Shown: positions 24,001 through 34,585 of the stretch, piece by piece | Layout: every line of letters starts with the position of its first letter | Position numbering within the stretch: the first letter of the stretch is position 1 | Assembly (NCBI GenBank): GCA_963750165.1 | Contig: CAVVPN010000012.1 | Coordinates: 1,056,001 to 1,120,000, forward strand | DNA: 64,000 nucleotides | Direction: 5' to 3' | Source: an uncultured Gemmataceae bacterium | GTDB lineage: Bacteria > Planctomycetota > Planctomycetia > Gemmatales > Gemmataceae | Notes under the pieces: generated by a model | Database searches by the model: none | What the model was told of the DNA's origin: nothing | What the model saw: only the letters and a program-made list of their open reading frames with translations | Program-made: the position numbers and the translations under genes

Positions 24001-26067
24001 ACCGTGAACCTCGCGGCCGGCACCTACCAGGAAAGTGTCAGCCTGTTGAAGTCCATGACGTTGCAGGGCGCCGGCTCCGCGAGCACGGTGCTGTCCGGCA
24101 GCGGCAGCGGCACGGGCATCCTGTCCGGCGGCGCCACGGTCAACATCGCGGGCCTGACCGTTCAGAACTTCGCGCTCGGCCTGGCCGCCGGCGCCATCAC
24201 GGCGCCGCAGACCGGCACAACCACCAGCGCCCTCGGCCTGACCGACGTGCGCTTCACCGGCAACACCACGGGCGCTTCGCTCAACGGCCTGGCATCGGTC
24301 ACCTACACCAGCACCGCCAACAATGGGGCCTATTACGTGGACGCCGGCATGTTCGGCCGGAGCGGCGACAATCTGGTGGAGTACGGCAACGTGGTCAGCC
24401 TGGTCATCGACGGCGCCGGCAGCAACAGCACGTACTTCGTCAAACTGGCCAACCTGGGCAGCGGTGTGACGATCCAGAACACGGGGCCCGGCAGCAGTGC
24501 GGCCGACTTCGTGGCCACCCCCGGCAACGACCTCATCACGGTCACCAACACGCAGGTCAGCATCGGCAGCGCCCTGGCGAGCTACAGAGGCCTCGCCAAC
24601 GTCGTGATCACTGGCGATGGCGGCGACGACGGCGTGAACATCGTGCGCAACACGCCCACCGCCACCAGCATCACCGTGGTCGCCGGCTCGAAGAACAGCT
24701 TCCTGATGGACAACCTGACCAGCATCGCCACGACCAATCAGGTGATGGTGGGTGCCAACACCATCATGGACTCGGGCATTGGCGGGCCGGTCTACCTGGC
24801 GGCAGGCGACGTGTTCGGCGTCGGCGTCATGGTGCAGACCGGGGTCGGCAATGACGTGATCCTGGTGGCCGGCACGCTGCCGGGCACCCCGACCACCGTG
24901 GACGCTGGCGACGGCGACAACACCCTGGTGGCGGGCTCGACCGCCAAACAGGCCAGCTCCGTGCTCAGCGGCATCGTCTCGCCGGTGATGCTGGAGGCGG
25001 GTAGCGGCGCCAACACGCTGGTGGTCAGCGACGCGGGCAACCCGGCGGCCAACACGGTCTACGTCACGGCCAACGCCATCCTCGGCTCCGTGCGGCCGTA
25101 CAACATCTACTACCAATCGAACGGCGGCACCTTCGTGAGCGGGCTGCTGCAGCTGGGCGCGGGCAACAACACGGTGGTCCTGGCGGGCAAGCCCGGCACC
25201 CAAACCTTCACCGTCTACGGCAACGGCGGCAACAACACCTTCGACGCGGTGGTGGCGCCGACCGATGGGATCGCCGGCGTGAACCTGATCGGCGGCTCCG
25301 GCACCAACACGCTGAACGTCACCGACTCGTCGAACACGGCGGTGATGCAGAACCAGCCCACCGGTGTCGGCCAGGGCGTGGTGAGCGTCGCCTACGCACA
25401 GGGCACGATGAGCCAGGTGAACTATTACAACATGGCCGGGGTCAACCTCAGCGTCAGCCCCGATCAGAGTTACATCCGCGAGGTGTACCAGAAGGTGCTG
25501 CAGCGCGACCCGACGGCGCAGGAGGAGGCCACAGGCGTGGTGACGCTGCAGCAGGCCGGCGCCCTGGCGTTCGTCGAGGGCGTCGAGAGCACGACCGAGG
25601 CGCACGACGTGGTGATTAAGCAGTGGTATCAGCAGTACCTGAACGAGGCGCCGGATGCGTCGTTCACCAGGTGGGTAAGCGAACTGGGGGCCGCGGGCTA
25701 CACCAAGACGCTGAGCGATTTCCTGGCGACGCAACTGGGCGGCACGGACGCGCAGTTCATCGCGGCGGTGTATCAGGACCTGCTGGGCACGTCGGTCAGC
25801 GCGAAGAACCAACCCGGCCTGCTGGCGCTGCTACAGAGCGTCGGACGGCAGGCGTTCGTCCAGACGGTGCTGGCGTCGTCGCAGTTTGAGCAGGTGATCG
25901 CCGCCGAGGATTACACGTATTTCCTGGGCCGGTCTGCCTCGGCCGCCGAACTGCAATCCTGGGCGACCTCGAAGCTGGACGAGATTTCAATGGACGAGGC
26001 GTTCCTGACCTCGGCGGAGTTCATGAGCTTGACGACGATCGTGAATCCGAGCCAGTCGGCCTCCTGA
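15072..26067 (+). CDS. Giant surface/adhesin protein (~3660 aa): planctomycete extracellular N-terminus, beta-propeller repeats, 16 cadherin-like repeats, beta-helix-like region, DUF4214-like C-terminus; frameshift at ~18400
   Basis: LFLESLEERTVPS motif; repeats NVFLYD..TG.TTLVSHA...ISADG..VAY.S...NL continue across the junction of ORFs 15063..18476 and 18580..26067; C-terminal YQKVLQRDP, YQQYLNEAPD, YQDLLG, YTYFLGRSAS, FLTSAEF. Confidence 0.88.
19291..23840 (+). repeat. 16 tandem ~282-bp cadherin-like coding repeats
   Basis: Unit PTNI.LSN.TI.AAQP.GTTVGTLSTTDPNAGQSF.Y.LSG.DASKFS..G.TLQT..VF.V..PTTYSITV.TTDTLGLTY.K.FTITVNP counted 16 times; many units near-identical at DNA level. Confidence 0.9.
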
Positions 26068-26095
26068 CGCCGGTTCGTTCGCAGCGGTTCATGCT

Positions 26096-26145
26096 GGCCG
26101 TCGCGGGCGGCGTAGTGGCAGAGCGCTACGCCGCCCGCGACGGCC
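26096..26145. terminator. 20-bp perfect hairpin between convergent genes
   Basis: GGCCGTCGCGGGCGGCGTAG-N10-CTACGCCGCCCGCGACGGCC. Confidence 0.6.
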
Positions 26146-26162
26146 TTCATGTTTTTCGCCGG

Positions 26163-27374
26163 TCATTGTTTCGGACCGCGGTCGAGGACCACGTTGCCCC
26201 GGCGGTCCAGGACCAGCAAGCGCTCGGGATTGGGCGCCTGGGCACCCACCGGATCGAGGAAGCAGCGCAGGGCCACGTACGCCCGGTTCGGGGAGGGCGT
26301 CGCAATCACGAACATCGCTTCGGGAACCAGCACCTTCGCTTTCTTCCCCGGCCGCTTCAATTCCACGCGCACATAGGGAAGCACCTGCTCACTGCGAGCT
26401 CGCTTCAACGGCAGAACCACCGTCCGCAAGACGGCCCCGTCCGCCAGCGGAAACTGATCCTTGACCAACTTGCCGTCCGCCTTGATTGGTGCGCCGATCT
26501 TCCAGCGGATTTGCTGGCCGTCCGTGTCGATCCGCAGCGTGACCCCCGAGAACGTGACCACCGCCACCCCCTTCTCCCAGTGCGAGGCGTGCAGGGCGGG
26601 TGAACCGGTCATTGTCACCCGAAAGACGTCGAGTTCCGGCGCGGGGAATTGCAGCGCGAGTTTCTTGGAGTCGAGGTTCGCGTCGGCCTTGATCTCCTTC
26701 ACGCCGCCGTGCCAGTCGATCATGGCGTAGCTCGGCAGTTTGTCCTGGTCGTCCGCAATGCGGACGACCAGGAACCCCGCGCCGTCGGGGTGAATGGGGC
26801 TCCCCTCAATACAGACGACGGCGGTCCAATCAAACGCAGTCATCCGCTGCGCCCGAAGGTCATACAGGCCGGTGACCCAGTCGCAAAACACGACGAGGTG
26901 ATTGCCCCCCGGCGACCAGTACAGCAGCGGCGGCAAGGCGCCGATGAACTGGGGGCCCTCTTTCTGACGGGGCTTGAACGGCAATTCCTTTGACCGCACC
27001 AGTTCGTCTTTCTCCGCGTCATAAATGATGATCTGGATCGGGTGGGGTTCGGTCCCATGCCAGTCGTATTTGGCAAAGGCCAGTCGCTTGCCGTCGGGGC
27101 TGATGGCCGCCTGCCCTGCCTGCTCGTCCCTGGGTGCATCCGTCAGGAAATCCCGGAGTTTTTTCGTGACCTTGAAGGGCTGCGGTGGTGCCTGTCCGTC
27201 GGTTCGGGGGATGGCAACGAAATAGTCCGCCGCTGCGGTTTCCGAAATGACAAGGAAGCCGCTGGAGTCCGGCAGCCAGGTGACGCCCGGGAAACAACCG
27301 GCGGCACAGGCAGTCAGGCACGCGACCACCGCGAAGCCCAGGCGCCGTCCGCGGGTCTTGCCAGTGCTGGCCAT
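26163..27374 (-). CDS. Hypothetical lipoprotein with propeller-like repeats
   Basis: Lipobox-like CAAGC after a hydrophobic segment; WLPDSSG, ISPDGKRLAF, WSPGG motifs. Confidence 0.65.
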   Translation of the reverse strand: MASTGKTRGRRLGFAVVACLTACAAGCFPGVTWLPDSSGFLVISETAAADYFVAIPRTDGQAPPQPFKVTKKLRDFLTDAPRDEQAGQAAISPDGKRLAFAKYDWHGTEPHPIQIIIYDAEKDELVRSKELPFKPRQKEGPQFIGALPPLLYWSPGGNHLVVFCDWVTGLYDLRAQRMTAFDWTAVVCIEGSPIHPDGAGFLVVRIADDQDKLPSYAMIDWHGGVKEIKADANLDSKKLALQFPAPELDVFRVTMTGSPALHASHWEKGVAVVTFSGVTLRIDTDGQQIRWKIGAPIKADGKLVKDQFPLADGAVLRTVVLPLKRARSEQVLPYVRVELKRPGKKAKVLVPEAMFVIATPSPNRAYVALRCFLDPVGAQAPNPERLLVLDRRGNVVLDRGPKQ

Positions 27375-27485
27375 GCGAGTCCCTCCCTGGAACGTGGCGA
27401 GAATAGAAGCGACAGAGGATTATCCGACCTGGGAAGCAAATGAGGAAGACCAATGCGACAGCGACCCGGTCGGCGGCGGAGATCG

Positions 27486-28208
27486 TCAAGACAAGCGCAA
27501 CATCCGGCAGGCGTCGAGGTAGCTTTTTTCCAGGTCAAGCGGCAACACCAGTTCGGGGGTCAGCCACAGTGGGACCACGGGCAGCAGTTCGCCGACCGCC
27601 AGCGCGAACGGCCACAGGTCGAACCGGGTCTGGTCTTGCGGCAGCCGAAGGGTGTGATATGACACGGCGTACCGGCTCGCGTCCGTCAGCGCCGAGCCGG
27701 CGAGTTGGGGTGCCACCAGTCGCAGCAGTTCGGCGTGCAGGTTGCCAGCCCGGGACGTGACCACGTCGATCAGGACCAGCGAACAGCTCTGGAGCAGATA
27801 ACTGGCGCACTTGATCGCGAGAGCTTGCCGGCTGGCCGGCCGGTCCTTGTTGCGCGGGCTTACCAGTTCAATGGCCGCCACCAACCGGCCGCCGTCGTCA
27901 TGCACCAGTACCTCGCTGGCGTCCAACTCGGACCAGTCCACGACCGCCGTCACCGCGGCTGCGGGCGAGGCGTACACGGCGGTCGCAACGCCGCCATTCT
28001 GCGAGCCGCCCTGAGTCTGGGCGCCGAACGTGCCGACATCCACTTCCACACTGCCGACGGTGACCTGTGGCACCGCGTAATAGTGCGGCGGCAGTAACCC
28101 CTCACTGAGCGATTCCGCGATGTAGGTGGGCCAGCTGCTGTGCATGGCCTCCCACCTGGACGCCCAGGTTTGTGGCCCTTGAAAATGTTCGCGCAGGGGC
28201 ATCGGCAT
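27486..28208 (-). CDS. DUF4058 family protein
   Basis: MPLREHF...WEAMHSSW...LVAAIELVSPRNKDRP...LPVVPLWL...LDLEKSY. Confidence 0.85.
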   Translation of the reverse strand: MPMPLREHFQGPQTWASRWEAMHSSWPTYIAESLSEGLLPPHYYAVPQVTVGSVEVDVGTFGAQTQGGSQNGGVATAVYASPAAAVTAVVDWSELDASEVLVHDDGGRLVAAIELVSPRNKDRPASRQALAIKCASYLLQSCSLVLIDVVTSRAGNLHAELLRLVAPQLAGSALTDASRYAVSYHTLRLPQDQTRFDLWPFALAVGELLPVVPLWLTPELVLPLDLEKSYLDACRMLRLS

Positions 28209-28222
28209 TCTCCCTCATACAG

Positions 28223-28259
28223 AATCGGGTTGCTGGTTGGCGTAACCAGCAACCCGATT
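28223..28259. repeat. 16-bp perfect hairpin (REP-like or terminator)
   Basis: AATCGGGTTGCTGGTT-ggcgt-AACCAGCAACCCGATT. Confidence 0.65.
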
Positions 28260-28264
28260 TGGTA

Positions 28265-29702
<1,438 letters not shown>

Positions 29703-29735
29703 CGGCTATCTCCCTCAAGGTGCCATTCGCCATGC

Positions 29736-29854
29736 TGTGGGCCGGTCTGCCGAGCAGCCCACGGCCGTGACCGAAGGTCTCCTCTTTGGGTGCTAAAACC
29801 CGGAGGAGACCTTCGGTCGCGGCCGTGGCTTGGTCCGGAGACCAAGCCACAACG
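29736..29854. repeat. Composite REP/BIME-like element, copy 1
   Basis: GTGGGCCGGTC..hairpin, GACCGAAGGTCTCCTC..GAGGAGACCTTCGGTC, GTGGCTTGGTCCGGAGACCAAGCCACAAC; direct repeat of 30735-30856. Confidence 0.85.
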
Positions 29855-29888
29855 AGTGTGAGGTGCCATTCCCAAAGACCATGCGTGC

Positions 29889-30647
29889 TCACTTCGCCTT
29901 GCCGGACGGCGGCACGGTAACGAGCAAGGCCAACCCGGGTTGCTTCTGGCCGTTGCGCGAGATCGTGCGGAGGTGCACGCCCGCCTGGAGCTGGGCCGCG
30001 GAAACGCCAACCCCCGCCAGCCACGGATCGATCTTCGCCAGGTCCGCATCCGCCCGGGCCGGTTGGGCCGGCGGGGCCTGCATGTACCGCCGGAAGTCCA
30101 CATACGGTTCGACGAACTTGCGGTAACACGTCCAGTCGTCCAGGATGAGGAGCCGGCCGCCGCGGCGCACGAATTCCAGGGCCGCCTCCACTTCCGGCGG
30201 CGAAATGGGCAGCCCGACCGGGCCGCTGTCCTGCATCATAATGATGAGGTTCGGCGGCTGTTTGTCCCTGAGCAGGTCGCGCAGCACGGTGGCCGTGTGC
30301 CGCAGTTGCTTGTAGGATCGTTTCGGCCCGGCGTTGCGGACGCGGTTCAGGTCGGCCATTGTCAGGTAACTGCCGATGAGCGGCGGCGTCCCGATGAGCA
30401 CGCCGCGCACCTCGTCCAGGTCCACTTCCATCCAGTCGAGAGCCGACCACGGCATCCGGCCGTAAACGCTCAGCCCGCACTTCTGGTTGGTGTTGATCGG
30501 CGCGGCCCAGTCCCAGTCGTCGTCATCGGCGTAGAGGAAGCGGCCCTCCGGCGACAACCGCGGCGCGGCGTTGTCCTGCCCGAGCGCCGGCGCGGCCAGG
30601 AACGCCGTGAGGATCAATGCCACGCAACGCGCGCGAATCATGAGCAT
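29889..30647 (-). CDS. Hypothetical secreted protein
   Basis: Signal peptide MLMIRARCVALILTAFLAAPALG; EVEAALEFVRRGGRLLILDD; start moved to ATG 30647. Confidence 0.7.
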   Translation of the reverse strand: MLMIRARCVALILTAFLAAPALGQDNAAPRLSPEGRFLYADDDDWDWAAPINTNQKCGLSVYGRMPWSALDWMEVDLDEVRGVLIGTPPLIGSYLTMADLNRVRNAGPKRSYKQLRHTATVLRDLLRDKQPPNLIIMMQDSGPVGLPISPPEVEAALEFVRRGGRLLILDDWTCYRKFVEPYVDFRRYMQAPPAQPARADADLAKIDPWLAGVGVSAAQLQAGVHLRTISRNGQKQPGLALLVTVPPSGKAK

Positions 30648-30681
30648 CCCTCCGCTGGAACGAACCACATTCCTTGTGCGC

Positions 30682-30856
30682 CACTTGTTGTGGGCCGGTC
30701 TCCCGACCGGCCCAAGGGCCGCGACCTCACTTGTTGTGGGCCGGTCTCCTGACCGGTCCACGGGCCGCGACCGAAGGTCTCCTCTTTTAACCACTGGAAC
30801 TCGGAGGAGACCTTCGGTCAGGCCCTGTGGCTTGGTCCGGAGACCAAGCCACAACG
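30682..30856. repeat. Composite REP/BIME-like element, copy 2 (first ~46-bp unit tandemly duplicated)
   Basis: CACTTGTTGTGGGCCGGTCTCC...GGGCCGCGACC occurs at 30682 and 30728, followed by the same hairpins as copy 1. Confidence 0.85.
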
Positions 30857-30890
30857 TACAAGACCAAACCACAACGAAACAGCAGCGTCC

Positions 30891-33188
30891 TCAATCCACG
30901 AACGCGAATTCGTTCGACAGCAACAGCACCTGGGCGTAGCGCTCCCACGGGCCGAGCCCCTGCGCCCCCGGCGGCGTCTCCCGCGTCGCCGCCTGGACGA
31001 ACGCCACGCCCAGCCGCACCTCGTCGGCGTCGGCGGCCCGGCCGAAGACGACGCGATACAGCTGCTGCACGCGCGCCGCCGGCTGGACCGGGCCGGTGAC
31101 CTCGGGCCGATGGGCCAGCAGCCGTGCCTGTTCCAGCACGAACGGGCTGTTCATCAGGAACAGCGCCTGCTGCGGCACCGTGGTCTGGTAGCGCTGCGCC
31201 GTGCTGGCGTCGGGGCTGGCGAAGTCGAAGGTGCGGAACAGGCCCGGCAAGTTCTGTCGCTCGATGAAGCCGTACACCGAGCGGCGGCCGCTAAACGGCG
31301 CGGTCACGATGTTCACCGCGGCGCCGCCCATTTTCAGGTCGAGCTTGCCGCTGACCGCCAGCAGACTGTCACGCAGTGCCTCGAACTCAAGCCGGCGGCG
31401 GTTCTGTCGCCACAGCAGCCGGTTCTCCGGATCGACGCGCGCCGCCTGCGGGACCACCCCGCTCTGCTGCCGATAGGCGTGCGCTAGCAGCATCAGCCGG
31501 TGCAATTTCTTGACGGACCAGCCCTCATCAACGAAGCGCTTCGCCAGGTAATCGAGCAGCTCGGGGTGGCTGGGCGGGTCGCTGCGCGTGCCGAAGTCGC
31601 TGGGCGTCGTGACCAGGCCCGCTCCGAAATGGTGCCGCCACAGCCGATTCACCAGGACGCGGGCCGTCAACGGGTTGTCCTTGCTGGCGATGGCCTGGGC
31701 CAGTTCCAGACGGCCGCTGCCCTTCTGGAACGGCTTACGCTGCGGGCCGGCCAGCACTCCCAGGAACTGCCGCGGCACCAGCGGCCCGGGAGTGTTCGGG
31801 CTGCCGCGCTTCAGCACCCGCGCCTGCACCGGGGCTGCCCTGTCCACCAGCACCATCGCCCGCGGCGGCGCGAACGGCGACCCCGCCTGCCAGGCATCGA
31901 CCTTCTTTTGCAGCGCCTTCAGGGCGTCGCGGAATTTACGGTTTTTCGCCGCCAACTCCTGCTTGTTTTTTTCCTTGAATTCGGCCACCGCCCGCTCGCG
32001 CGTCTTCAACTCCTTCTCGAACGCCAGGTACTCCGGCGTCCGCGGCGTCTCGCCGATGAGCGGCAGTTCCTTCGGCTCCTGCGAACTGAGGAAGACGCCG
32101 TGCAGCGAGTAGTAATCCGCTGTCGGAATGGGGTCGTACTTGTGGTCGTGACAGCGGGCGCAGCTGACGGTCAACCCGAGCAGGCCGCGCGTGGTCACGT
32201 CAATGCGGTCGTCGATGATGTCGTGGACGTTGTTCAGGAACCGGCGGCCGAGCGTCAGAAAACCCATCGCCGCCAGCGGCCGCTTGTCGGCACCCAGCGG
32301 CAGCTGGTCCGCGGCCAGCTGCTGCAGGATGAACTGGTCGTAGGGCAAATCCTCGTTGAAGGCGCGGATGACGTAATCGCGGTAGGTGTAGGCGAAGGCG
32401 TAGCGGCGCTCCTCGGTGAAGACGTAGCCCTTGGTGTCGGCGTAGCGGGCGAGGTCGAGCCAGTGGCGGCCCCAGCGTTCGCCGTAGCGCGGCGACGCCA
32501 GCAGCCGGTCCACCACCTTCTCATAAGCGTCCGGCGACTGGTCCTTCTCGAACGCCTCGATCTCCGCGGCGGTCGGCGGCAGGCCGTGCAGGTCAAACGT
32601 GACGCGGCGCAGCAGGGTGCGGCGGTCGGCGGCCGGCGCCAGGCTCAGGCCCTTCGCCTCCAGGGCCGTCTGCAGAAAGGCGTCCACGGGCGTCTTGACC
32701 AGGGTAGCGTTCTTGACCGGCGGCACTGCCACGGGCCGCACCGGCTGGAACGCCCAGTGGGTTTTCCAGGTGTCCTTGCCGGCGTGCTTGACGACTGCGG
32801 GTGTCTCTGGCCAGGGCGCGCCCATCTTGACCCACGCGGCCAGGTCGTCGATGGCGGACTGTGGCAGCTTGCTCTTCGGCGGCATTTTGAGGTCGCCCTG
32901 GTGCCGCACCGCTTTCAGCAGCAGGCTTTTCTCGGGGTGGCCGGGCACCAGCACGGGGCCGCTATCGCTGCCCTGCAGAGCGGCGGCGCGAGTGTCGAGT
33001 CGCAGGCCCGCCTGCTGTTTCTTGACGCCGTGGCAGGCCAGGCAGTGCTCCGCGAGCAGGGGCCGAATTTTCGCCTCGAAGAACTCCAGGGCCTGCGGTG
33101 ACGGCTTGCTGTCACCGGCACGGGCGGCCGGCGCCATCAGCAGCACCAGGGCGAACAGCGGCAGGGTCCAGCGGCAGGGGTGGCGCAT
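30891..33188 (-). CDS. PSD1 and planctomycete cytochrome c domain protein (DUF1549/DUF1553)
   Basis: FFEAKIRPLL..CLACH, HWAF, YGERWGRHWLD.ARYADT, CARCHDHKYDPI, NPLTARV.VNR.W, HPELLD.LA, PQQALFLMN. Confidence 0.95.
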   Translation of the reverse strand: MRHPCRWTLPLFALVLLMAPAARAGDSKPSPQALEFFEAKIRPLLAEHCLACHGVKKQQAGLRLDTRAAALQGSDSGPVLVPGHPEKSLLLKAVRHQGDLKMPPKSKLPQSAIDDLAAWVKMGAPWPETPAVVKHAGKDTWKTHWAFQPVRPVAVPPVKNATLVKTPVDAFLQTALEAKGLSLAPAADRRTLLRRVTFDLHGLPPTAAEIEAFEKDQSPDAYEKVVDRLLASPRYGERWGRHWLDLARYADTKGYVFTEERRYAFAYTYRDYVIRAFNEDLPYDQFILQQLAADQLPLGADKRPLAAMGFLTLGRRFLNNVHDIIDDRIDVTTRGLLGLTVSCARCHDHKYDPIPTADYYSLHGVFLSSQEPKELPLIGETPRTPEYLAFEKELKTRERAVAEFKEKNKQELAAKNRKFRDALKALQKKVDAWQAGSPFAPPRAMVLVDRAAPVQARVLKRGSPNTPGPLVPRQFLGVLAGPQRKPFQKGSGRLELAQAIASKDNPLTARVLVNRLWRHHFGAGLVTTPSDFGTRSDPPSHPELLDYLAKRFVDEGWSVKKLHRLMLLAHAYRQQSGVVPQAARVDPENRLLWRQNRRRLEFEALRDSLLAVSGKLDLKMGGAAVNIVTAPFSGRRSVYGFIERQNLPGLFRTFDFASPDASTAQRYQTTVPQQALFLMNSPFVLEQARLLAHRPEVTGPVQPAARVQQLYRVVFGRAADADEVRLGVAFVQAATRETPPGAQGLGPWERYAQVLLLSNEFAFVD

Positions 33189-33301
33189 GCGGTGGGATCC
33201 TCGGCCCGGGAGTGCAGGCGGGCGGGCGAAGTTTTGTTGATATACATGGTAACACGATCTGAGAGAGGGGCAAGAGGCTACCCGGCGCTGCCACCCGTCT
33301 T

Positions 33302-33379
33302 TCTGCCGCTTGCGGCTTAGCGCGCTGCGACCCTTCTCACGTGAGAAGGGCCGCAGTGCGCTAAGCCGCAAGCGGCAGA
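33302..33379. repeat. 78-bp palindromic REP-like element
   Basis: TCTGCCGCTTGCGGCTTAGCGC...GCGCTAAGCCGCAAGCGGCAGA; a partial arm CCGCAAGCGGCAGA recurs near 34406. Confidence 0.8.
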
Positions 33380-33387
33380 CACACCGA

Positions 33388-34263
33388 TCACTCGCCGCCG
33401 GTGCGGATGATCTGCGTGACGACGCGGTTGACCTCATCCACCGGGATCGCGAAACCGATGCCGGCCCACGCCCCGGACGGGCTCAGGATCGCCGTGTTGA
33501 CGCCGATCAGCCGGCCGTCGCTGTCCAGCAGCGGCCCGCCCGAGTTGCCCGGGTTGATTGGCGCCGTCGTCTGAATGACGTGGCTGATGGTCTGGCCGTT
33601 GGGCGACTCGATCTCGCGGTTTAGGGCGCTGACGATGCCGCTGGCCAGCGACTGATCCAGGCCGAACGGATTGCCGATCGCGAACGCCGACTGGCCCACC
33701 AGCAAATTGTGCGACTCACCGATGCGCAGCGGTCGCAGTTTCTGCACCGGCGCGTTGATGATTTGCAGCACCGCCAGGTCGTGCGACGGGGACACCCCGA
33801 CCAGCGCCGCGGGGGATGTCGAGCGCTTGCCCTGCGGGTCCGTCAGCGTCACCTGATAGTAGTTGCCGATCTCAACCACGTGGTAGTTCGTGACGATGCG
33901 GCCCTGGCTGTCCCAGATGAAACCGGAGCCGGTCCCCTTGGGGATGCGCGTGAGGTCGCGGCTCAGAAAGTCGCGCTGCACCACGTTGGTGGTCACGTGG
34001 ACGACCGACGGCGACGCCTGCTGATACAGGCGGATGACCGACTTCTCGTAATCCGCCAGTTCGCCGCGCGGCGACACGGATCGCAGTTCGGCATTGGGGT
34101 TGAGGAGGTTGCCCTCGGAGCCGGTGCGCTCCGGCCAGAAGCGCCAGACCAGCACACCAACGAGCAGCGCCAGGAACAGCAGCGCCAGCAGCAGTCCCAG
34201 CGGCGACGATTGCTGCGGGCGGCGGGGTTGGTAGGGGTAACGGGGGTCGTCGTACATTGCCAT
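33388..34263 (-). CDS. HtrA/DegP-like trypsin serine protease, membrane-anchored, no PDZ domain
   Basis: GSGFIW..IVTNYHVV, DLAVL, AIGNPFGL, INPGNSGGPLL. Confidence 0.92.
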   Translation of the reverse strand: MAMYDDPRYPYQPRRPQQSSPLGLLLALLFLALLVGVLVWRFWPERTGSEGNLLNPNAELRSVSPRGELADYEKSVIRLYQQASPSVVHVTTNVVQRDFLSRDLTRIPKGTGSGFIWDSQGRIVTNYHVVEIGNYYQVTLTDPQGKRSTSPAALVGVSPSHDLAVLQIINAPVQKLRPLRIGESHNLLVGQSAFAIGNPFGLDQSLASGIVSALNREIESPNGQTISHVIQTTAPINPGNSGGPLLDSDGRLIGVNTAILSPSGAWAGIGFAIPVDEVNRVVTQIIRTGGE

Positions 34264-34585
34264 GTTGGCCTCGCGTGTTCGGGCGGTCCCAGATGTATCA
34301 TTTTAGGCGCCGGCCCCCCACAAAAGACAATCGCCCGGGGGGCCGAGCGCTTTCGTCCACGAAGTCCGTGCAAGGCGCTTCCGTATTAGCGCTCTCCCCG
34401 CCAGACCGCAAGCGGCAGAAATGCCAGCGCCACCGCGCTGCTTTTCCCTGTCCGCCGAATCCCCCGCCGCATGTCCCGGTCGCGCAGCCGTGCTTGACAG
34501 CCACACCGTTTCCGACTAAAAGCCCATTCCGCCCCCCGGTGGAAACGACTTCCCCCGGACGACCGGTTCTCCAGGACGGACTGCC

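Noticed and set aside
14808..25812. Very long minus-strand ORFs (14808..17597, 19078..25812) and similar antisense ORFs elsewhere (e.g. 3981..5399, 7690..9609, 31500..33101)
   Set aside because: Antisense shadows of GC-rich, codon-biased real genes; Arg/Gly/Val-rich with no motifs.
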